Shown here: positions 54,850 through 64,000 of the stretch, in pieces
Layout of the letters: each line of letters begins with the position of its first letter
How positions within the stretch are numbered: the stretch's first letter is position 1
NCBI RefSeq assembly: GCF_006345805.1
Contig: NC_043015.1
Location: 22,506,001 to 22,570,000, forward strand
Direction: 5' to 3'
Source of the DNA: Octopus sinensis
Lineage: Eukaryota
Length of the DNA stretch: 64,000 nt
The notes under the pieces: generated by a model
Databases searched by the model: none
Told to the model about the DNA's origin: nothing
What the model saw: only the letters and a program-made list of their open reading frames with translations
Program-made: the position numbers and the translations under genes

Positions 54850-55190
54850 GAGGAGACCACCTTCGGTCATGAATGACCATGGGATATGTACTTAGAAAGT
54901 TAGCCTCCAAGACACAAGTCCAGGCAAGGTTGTTTGTGGAAGGCCACAGGTCGTCCATGCATACCGGCCTCCCCTCTCCACATCACTGATGTTATCCAAG
55001 ATAAAGGCAAAGGACGATACAACTTGGCACCAGTGATCTCGCAACTCATTTCTATAGCTGAGTGAACTGTAGCAATGTGAAATAAAGTGTTTTGCTCAAG
55101 AACACAACATGCAGCCCGGTCCGGGAACCGAACACACACCCTCACGAACGTAAGCTCGACGCTCAAACCTCTGAGCCATGCGCTTTCACT
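54850..55190 (-). mobile_element. tRNA-derived SINE (full length)
   Basis: Head revcomp ...GCGCATGGCTCAGAGGTTTGAGCGTC...GTTCGGTTCCCGG; body shared with 3326-3507. Confidence 0.85.
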
Positions 55191-56823
55191 CGTCAAGAAG
55201 AAACACAACAGTAAAACATACAGGATTAAATCTGTCGGAAAGTGTTCAGAACGAATGAAGACATTAATGTTTTGATTATCAGTTGTACTTAAAATAATTG
55301 AACACATATAGACACACTCACATGCACACATGCACACAATTACACACATACGCACGCACAGGCAAAGGCACAGACATACACACGCACTCAAACACACGTA
55401 CAGTCACACACACACACACTCTCTCACACAGATACAGACACAACATATATCGGCTGATGCTACCTTGACTACCAAAATCCACTCGTAACTCATTGGTTAA
55501 TCTGATAAAATGGTGGAAGGCATTTGGCCAATAGGAACAGAAGGGAAAACACATAGATGGGAACTGAACTTGGTATTCAATACATACTTACTCGTTTGAA
55601 AATATTCCATATCATTACTGATCAGTATTCCCCTCCTCTTTGTATGTAACACGTTTACTTGTTTTAGTGACACCTCTTCTCCATAGGTGGTCGGTAGCTA
55701 AACATGCAGAAAAAATACAAGTGTGGTACTGAATGATTAACAGAGAAAACGGAAAGACAATAAATTTGCTTGGCTCACTAGTTGGGTGGAACAGAACCGT
55801 GTTAATGTAGTTAGAAGTAAATTAATGCCATATCGTAGAAATAACACCAACCGTTGGGAAAATATCTGCAAGAACGATAACGTTAAGATATCTGAAAAGA
55901 CAACTGAGGCGTTATCAAACCTTGTTATTTGCAAAGAGAGGTGGAAGCATCGAAATCGTGAATAAATATGAGATAAGAGTATTCAAAACATGAATAAATA
56001 TGAAGCTTTTAGGGCCGAAATCTGAAGGATGACCATCTAAGTTAACCAAAATCAATTAAACAGTGTCCTGGTGTAGTGAATGCTGCAGGAACACCGTAAA
56101 AGGGATTTAATGCTTCATTAAAGGGAATTTATGAAGGCAGTGCGAATTATATGTTCTCATAAGAGATACATACACTTATAGTCTATAAGAAAAAAAAAAC
56201 ATTTACAAAGGCACAATCAATGTAACACCGACAGAGTGTGCCAAGGTTATAGAAATGCAGAAATATGGAAAAGAAAAACAAATCATGCATCGACGGAGAC
56301 ATGAGTTACTAAGCAATTTTGAGACTTAGAAAATCAGATCGGAAAAGATTCGCCGAAACGAAAATGTTTTTTCACTATTAAACATAATACGGCATATTTT
56401 ATGAAAAATACATCACAGAAATTGCTCATACTCACATACACTCACACACACAGACACGCACATACACACAGACACACATAAACACACAGGCACACACACA
56501 CAACACACACACACACACATACATATATATATTTCTATTTATCTATCTATATATTCATATATATATATATATATTAGTTATCGCCATACTAATATGACAT
56601 TCTTATATATATATATATTTATTTATATATATACACACATAAAAGTATATATACACATATACATATGTATATATTTATATAATACACGCAGAAAAAAACA
56701 CTCACACACACATATATATATAAATGAAGATGCATGTAGTGGGCGTATATATATGCACGTGTATATATTTATACATATATATACACATATACATGCACAC
56801 ATATATACATATATATATATATG

Positions 56824-56866
<43 letters not shown>

Positions 56867-57814
56867 GTAAACATTCACACATACATCGAAACAACAAATG
56901 CTGTTGTCTAATGGCTACTTAGAAATATCATGGACACGCACTTATACTTAGCTTCAAGGTCGTAAATTATCTCATATATACACACATGCAAACACAAACA
57001 CATAAGTACCAGCATATTAATGATATATATATATATGTATAAATGTGTGCGTGTGTGTGTTTGTGTGTGTATGTCTATGTGTGTGTTAATGTGTTTGTGC
57101 ATACTGTGCCTATTGGAAATCTACCAATTTATGAGTCTATCCATGTTTTAATACCGTTACCACCCTACCATAACACTCTATCGCTATAAATTTACAGTTA
57201 GGACCATCTGAAGAGTTACTTCTAGAGAATATATACATGAATATTATAAAACACACATACAACAGACGGAAATCCACACGCAGACTAACTCACACGCACA
57301 CAAACTAGAATGTAAGTACAAAATCTTATACGCATCAACACCAGTAGAAACGCATGGCCCCATACATACATACAAACTAAACAATAGTATTGCGCTAACA
57401 TACATATATGCAAAACGCGTATGCACAATATTGAAACACAGTATCGTCTAATAAAACATTAGCCGAATACCCATAATATTCATTTCTGGCAGATCGGATT
57501 TTCTTACACTCTACATTTACTTTTGTTTTCGTCTTCATCTTACCATTGAGCCAATCACATTAACCCCTGTACAGATGTCCTAGAAACGGCGGCAAATGTC
57601 TGAGATTAATCCGAATAAGATTAAACGAAGCAAATCGACACTAGCTCATACCATTCTTTCTCCAAACGAAACCTAACCAGCTGCCTTGAAATAGTTTATG
57701 GTTTAGAAGATGCTATTTAATGATATACTATACTGAAATAGTGTAATCCGCATGCAAAACGAGCTTAAAGAATACTCTATATGCTTGCACATCTATATAA
57801 TATTTATTAGTATG

Positions 57815-57848
<34 letters not shown>

Positions 57849-57877
57849 ATATGCATGTATGTATGTATAAACATACC

Positions 57878-57921
<44 letters not shown>

Positions 57922-57953
57922 GCATGTATGTATGTATAACATACCTATATATA

Positions 57954-58037
<84 letters not shown>

Positions 58038-59759
58038 GTGGGTTTATATGCAAATGTATGTATATGTATATATATAAACACATATTTATATGTGTGTGTG
58101 TATGTATATATATACACTTGTGCTTGCGTATATATGTATATATACATTTATGTAGATATATGTACATATGTACACACACACACACATACATATGTATGCT
58201 TACATATAGTGTCAGACACACTCACACATATATATCTCTATATGTGAGGGTATATATGTATATGCACGTGAATCTATGTATGCGAAAGATTGTTTTATAA
58301 ACATGCAAATACACAGTTATATATGAGCCATTATCCGATGAGGCACATCAATGAACCACGTAAAAACAGTTATACTTGAACACACACAAACACAAGCAAA
58401 CAAGCCCAACCATACACATACACACACACACGCGCGCGCGCGCATACATAAAGTATACCACACGTATCATAAGTATTATAGATAAAGCATAAATATGGAT
58501 GAGTGATTTTATTATATATATTGGACACAACTTATATGTCTACAGAAACGCATTAGCAAAACATTTTTTTCCTGAATATATACTTCCTCTATGGTCATCC
58601 ATAGAGCAGTTCGACAAATAATATTAGTTCCGAAGATTTACTGCTCGTATGGTCTCTCATACACCACTCGCTTATTTCAAGCGTATATGTAATTGTTTAA
58701 ATAAGACTCAGCTTTTCAAGATGTGACTCAGTTTAATCCTTAGTGCAAACGACTGGTTTTGTTTTCCTTCTTGTTATACTGTATTTTTTCCAGTTATTTC
58801 ATTTTATTTTTTTATAAATTTCTATATACGTATCGTGAATAATTGTGTTGTTGCTATTTCCATTGACACCAGGATTCTACACTTAATTTGATAATATTTG
58901 CAAGGTGTCATGGTTTCGTGTTTTCGGTGCAGCGAGTGATACGTGAATAATAGCAGAACGATTATATATATATATATATGTACTTGAATACTAACTCATA
59001 TTCACACATAGATACAGAGAGACACACACACACATATTATTGTAGCCTGAGGTCAAGTTGGCTTTTCATGTGTCCACGTGGTTGAAGCACGTACTAATAA
59101 TAGAAAGATTCTAGAAGCAATAAGTCTATACGAAAATATACTTTGAAACGATGGGTAAGATATAATGCTCGGCTTAATATTGCAGAGTTTATGAAAGTGA
59201 ACCGTTGCCAACTCGCAACATATTTCGTAAACTTCTATCTTTCCTTAATCTTCTCTCTATGTCTAAATAAACCGTGTAAAATAATGTGTTTCAATCTAAT
59301 ATTGTTTTCTTTCATAGGCACAAGTGCCAATATTTTGGAGATAATTAAAAGTTTGGTTGTTGCGTACTTGTTTAAACGTGTTCCGTTATATGATCATGCA
59401 GATTGTGTTTCAATATGTGTTTGAGTGTATGTTTGTCTGTATGCATGCGCGTGTGTGTTAAGTCTGTGTTTCCCAAACTCTTTTCGGGTTATCCCCACAA
59501 ATATTACTCAGGCTACATTTCTAGCGCTCCCCCTCCTCACACTAACCCCCTCCAAACACAGACCACTTACTGAAGCAAATTCAAAACAACTATTTATTTC
59601 ACAAATAAAACTTAACCTAATTAAACCATTGCTTCCTTTTGGCCATCCCATTATCGCTCCCACTTTCGTCAACGCCCTTCTAGATATTTCTACCGATCTC
59701 AGTGAAGCAGTACCTTCCACTTTGGGAACCACAGTGTTAAGTAAACGCGAAAGACCATG

Positions 59760-60095
59760 TGGCTCACGCTAGTGGCTTAGCAGTTCATCCGGTTCACAGT
59801 CGTACGGTTTTGTATTCGATTCTCGACGGCCCGTTGTGTCCTTGAGCAAATCACTTCATTTCACGCTGTCCACTCAACTGGAAAAACTGAGTGATACCTT
59901 TATTTCAAAGAGTCAGATTTGTCACGTTCTGTGTCACGCTGAAATTCCCTGAAAACTGTGTTGACGGTGCGCCTCTGTGTTTGTGTTTGTGTGTGGGGGA
60001 AGTGCTCAACTACTTGCACGTTAATAAAATCAACTGGCTGTTCTGTTGATCGGATCAACTGGAACATTTATCGTCTTCACCGACGATGTGCCATT
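59760..60095 (+). mobile_element. tRNA-derived SINE, diverged
   Basis: A/B-box-like head, TGTGTCCTTGAGCAAA..ACTTCATTTCACG domain; related to 10868-11070. Confidence 0.6.
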
Positions 60096-60112
60096 TTGTA
60101 TGTATTTATTTA

Positions 60113-60510
60113 GGCGCAGGAGTGGCTGTGTGGTACGTAGCTTGCTAACCAACCACATGGTTCCGGGTTCAGTCCCACTGCGTGGCATCTTGGGCAAGTG
60201 TCTTCTGCTATAGCCCCGGGCCGACCAATGCCGTGTGAGTGGATTTGGTAGACGGAAACTGAAAGAAGCCTGTCGTATATATGTATATGCATATATGTAT
60301 GTGTTTGTGTATCGTTGCTTGTCCCCCTAGCATTGCTTGACAAGCGATGCTGGTGTGTTTACGTTCCCGTCACTTAACGGTTCGGCAAAAGAGACCGATA
60401 GAATAAGTACTGGGCTTACAAAGAATAAGTCCCGGGGTCGATTTGCTCGACTAGAGGCGGTGCTCCAGCATGGCCGCAGTCAAATGACTGAAACAAGTAA
60501 AAGAGAAAAG
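60113..60510 (+). mobile_element. tRNA-derived SINE (full length) with CR1-type 3' stem-loop tail
   Basis: AGGAGTGGCTGTGTGGTACGTAGC head, CCGGGTTCAGTCCC B box, internal (TA/TG)n, tail GGCGGTGCTCCAGCATGGCCGCAGTCAAATGACTGAAAC. Confidence 0.92.
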
Positions 60511-60881
60511 AGAAAGAGTATGTATGTAAATATGTATGTATGTGTGTGTGTGTGCGTGTATATGTGCGCGCGTGCAAGTATGTCTATATGCGATGAGGAC
60601 CGTCTCTCTTATTTGCCCGTCGGTTCTGTCTACATTTTCTGTAAAATGCTCTAACAATTTACCGTCAATATTTTAAGTTGTACAGGTTACGTTTTAATGC
60701 GTTATGAAAAGTTTTCTGTAAGAATCTCAGCTAAAATGTATCGGATTATTGGACTAGGCCCAGCTATTTTCGTCCTGTTTTCAAAACTTGTCAATTTCGA
60801 GAAAATATTTTATCAATCCTGAAATTCCCTATGCACTAAAATTTTGACTTCGTGTGTATGTAAAGAAAAACCAATATTTTA

Positions 60882-60932
<51 letters not shown>

Positions 60933-61049
60933 ATATATATATACACTAATAGTAATGGTAAGGCAACAAAAGAATGAAAGAGACCTCGATATTATGTAAA
61001 TAGAGGAACTTATCTGAAATATAATATGTGACAAGTATTCGGTTGCCAT

Positions 61050-61110
61050 AATAAGACTCCGAGTTCCGGATGTCGGGGCAGAAACCTGCTCCGGCATATC
61101 TTCAGTTATC
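61050..61110 (-). ncRNA. Decayed type I hammerhead (left member of inverted pair)
   Basis: GAUAA-CUGAAGA-UAUGCCGGAGCAG-GUUU-CUGCCCCGACAUCC-GGAA-CUCGGAG-UC-UUAUU. Core A13 is changed to G. Confidence 0.55.
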
Positions 61111-61378
61111 GAGGCAATAAAGATATACTATGAAAATGACCGTTAAACAAAATGAAATGACCATGTAATTTACCGTTATTAAGAGAAAAGAGTTATTAGA
61201 ACGACGGTGCATCGTTGTGCGCGCGCGCATGTGTATGTATGTACATGCGTACATACGCGATTGCTATGAGTATTTTTACTTCTTTACTTATTGCTTCCAC
61301 CCCTTCAGTTATTTCCCCCATATTTAACGGCTATTCTAATTGCTCGTTTGTTTTAATAACGGTCAATTACATAGTATA

Positions 61379-61610
61379 AGGCGGCGAGCTGGCAGAAACG
61401 TTAGCACGCCGGGCGAAATGCTTAGCGGTATTTCGTCTGTCTTTACGTTCTGAGTTCAAATTCCGCCGTGGTCGACTTTGCCTTTCATTCTTTCGGGGTC
61501 GATTAAATAAGTACCAGTTACGCACTAGGGTCGATATAATCGACTTAATCCGTTTGTCTGTCCTTGTTTGTCCTGTCTGTGTATAGCGCCTTGTGGTTAG
61601 TAAAGAAATA
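61379..61610 (+). mobile_element. tRNA-derived SINE, full length, with 16-bp TSD
   Basis: TSD GGTCAATTACATAGTA at 61361-61376 and 61611-61626. A box AGCTGGCAGAAACGTTAGC, B box GAGTTCAAATTCC. Confidence 0.93.
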
Positions 61611-61672
61611 GGTCAATTACATAGTAATTTCCCTGTTTAATGATGATTTTCATAGCATATTTTGATTGCCTC

Positions 61673-61733
61673 GATAACTGACGAGATGCCGGAGCAGGTT
61701 TCCGCCCCGACATCCGAAAATCTGAGTATTATT
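61673..61733 (+). ncRNA. Type I hammerhead with intact core, damaged stem III (right member of inverted pair)
   Basis: GAUAA-CUGACGA-GAUGCCGGAGCAG-GUUU-CCGCCCCGACAUCC-GAAA-AUCUGAG-UA-UUAUU. Confidence 0.6.
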
Positions 61734-62779
61734 ATGGCAACCGAATACTTGTCACATTTTATTACACACACACACACACACACACACATACATATATCTA
61801 TGTCTAGCGGACATGAGAAGAGACACACAACTACACCAAGCACTGTCACTCCTGCTATGTGTCACTCACACATACACATATAATCAGCCAAAACCACACA
61901 AACACCACTCACACAACACATACACACATACTCATACACCTACACACAGACTAGCATGCACACACATCCCCACACATACGCACACGTACCTCATAAGAAA
62001 GAACTTTTCCGTCACCCATTCCCTTCCGGTCATTTCAAAATGCTTTGGAGGTGTGATCATGGTGGGAATGTAAAGATTCTGTGTATAGCGATGATGATGA
62101 GGAGGAGGATTACGACGACGCCGATGATGACGATGTTATTTGCTTTTTTTTTAGTCTTAGGTCCAATTCTGTCATAAATCTTTAGCCGTAACTGTCCAAT
62201 CTCTTTATTTGAAACACTGTTTTGTTATTTGGAGACTGTAATGATTATTTAATTATTAATTCTAGGAGGCATTTTGCCCACATAACTCATAGAAGTTGTC
62301 GAATTTGAGTCCCGGTGCAAGGGGACATTGTTCTCCCTGTTGTTATTTATTCATTATTTTATTCAATCTAGGTGAACCATGTGTAAATAAAATGCGGGCG
62401 TGACTCAATGTCCTTCATTCAGTCCCAATTGAAACCTAGTCATACATTATCCAATATCGGTTTCCGTTTCCCAATATGGCATTGTATGCTTTGATAAATA
62501 TAGCATAAATAGAATGCATGTTTTAGTACAGACTGCTTCTAACCGGTCATATCTTTAGTGGAAAATGATGCAAAAAATACTATTAATAATAAAAAGTGAA
62601 TAAACATTTGTCCTGCTGGTGCTGTTATTGATGTGCAGCCTGGTTTCATCATCAAGAGAGCTGACTTATTTATGGAAGTATTCGGCTAAACGACTTGGCG
62701 CAAATCACAGATCAATCATTGCTTCCGTAATACTATACCAAAGCCAAAACTAACACCTTCCGGCTCAACGCAGTATGTG

Positions 62780-63180
62780 TTAGGAACTCTAGTCTGCCAG
62801 TCTGAATATATATTCCATGCAGTATTTAAAAGGTTCTAGGGTGTTCGACGCACGTCCATAATGTAGTTTTTCATTCATGGACAGAACAGCGCGGATTATC
62901 TTCATCCTAGCACTTTATTTCACGTTGTTCCTGCCTCTTTGACTGTAATGAGCACGCAGCCGATTGCCTGTGCAGCTCTCTTTCTCTCCGCCTTTCAGAC
63001 TGTATATGTTTCAATGGAACGTGGGTGAAGGGATTAAGGGCTATCTGCTGTCTGCTTCCGTAACACCGACACCAAAATTGGCGATATGGACGAAAAGAAG
63101 CTGTTCTAGTTAACCATTGACGACTGGCTATCCACTAGAACGACCACTATATGTGTTTACGCCTGTATACTGCGATGATC
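62780..63180 (+). mobile_element. Possible RTE-like endonuclease relic
   Basis: Only a short motif (GYP..RTTTICVYA) in a broken, GC-richer frame. Confidence 0.2.
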
Positions 63181-64000
63181 TGTCATACTGTGATGGTAAA
63201 TGTTACCCTACAAATTTGAGATTTTAGAGGTGGCATTCACATATTTGTGGCTGACTGAGTATATTTCTTCATTAGTTATAACTAACGCACAATTTCTGAG
63301 TCATACTTATGGCTTTGAACCGGATTCCAGCTGCAGTCTATCACGTCGACTTGTTTTTAGTAACATATTCACAACTGCAGCATCACAGCATATTTATGCA
63401 GGATTTGAATGGCAAAGAATTAAATCTGAAAACGAAGTTATTGCAATTGTTGCAGAATAAATGAAGTAAGAGAGTATCGTTTACTCACTCGTATTACAGA
63501 TATGTCTTTATCCACTACAGCCGATGTACCTTTAATGAGCAGTCTAGTTGGAAATGTAGACGAATTATAGTAAGAATTATGGTAGAAAAATTATATAACC
63601 ATCCAATTCTTCAATGGCAGCAATGCTAATGATATAGATAACAACTATCGTGATCAGAATTTTATTGGTAATGTTTTATCAAAAATGAACAGTAGAAAAA
63701 AAAATAAATAAAAGCATTTTTATTGTTATAGATATTTGTCTTATTTTTTCTGTCCTCGTTTTCATTTCCTCAATAAGTGGCGATTATTTTTTGTATCTAT
63801 GTAATTAAATATAAAATACGACGGCCATTATTATACAATATAATATTTTGCGTTAGAACAACGCTGCATCAATGGCAATTATTGGTAATTATTTTATAAT
63901 CATTATTCCAATGAACAAGTCGGTTATAGCAGAACTTAAACTTGTAAATAAGAGGTGCAAAACTAAATAAATGACGTCTTTAATTTAGTGTTCTACTCGT

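Noticed and set aside
59040-59200. Possible PLE C-terminal relic (RKILEAI...NDG)
   Set aside because: Single short motif with stops and no downstream HHR found.
59690-59740. hAT-like terminus (CTGTGGTTCCCAAAGTGG on the - strand)
   Set aside because: No matching opposite TIR or 8-bp TSD found.
63200-63460. 86-aa + strand ORF
   Set aside because: No recognisable domain or convincing splice context.

Overview
AT-rich, microsatellite-dense metazoan genomic DNA. The tRNA-derived SINEs, (TA)n/(TAA)n arrays and repeat mix look like an Octopus genome, probably intergenic or a very large intron. I can identify no host gene with confidence. The one candidate host exon is 23994-24317 (-). Almost all ORFs in the supplied track are microsatellite artefacts or transposon pieces. 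Mobile elements: an IR/DR-type Tc1, several mariner, maT-like and DD41D-like elements (one near-complete mariner with TA TSDs at 42358-43608), R4/Dong-type LINE fragments stacked in (TAA)n, a CR1-like LINE 3' end, Penelope-like (GIY-YIG) remnants and about 10 SINE copies. The main finding is a set of type I hammerhead ribozyme (HHR) motifs from several unrelated repeat families, all with a self-complementary stem III. The best is a 48-nt HHR repeated once per unit in a non-coding ~480-bp tandem array (46693-47927, - strand). One array edge lies 7-9 nt from the predicted cleavage site, which gives a retrozyme-like, circRNA-producing architecture. A second HHR (28118-28205) sits at the 3' end of a Penelope-like element. 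Two back-to-back inverted HHR pairs occur at ~15.5 kb and ~61.4 kb. A CR1 LINE and a SINE share a 3' hairpin with compensatory base changes. All folds were derived by eye and no activity is demonstrated.
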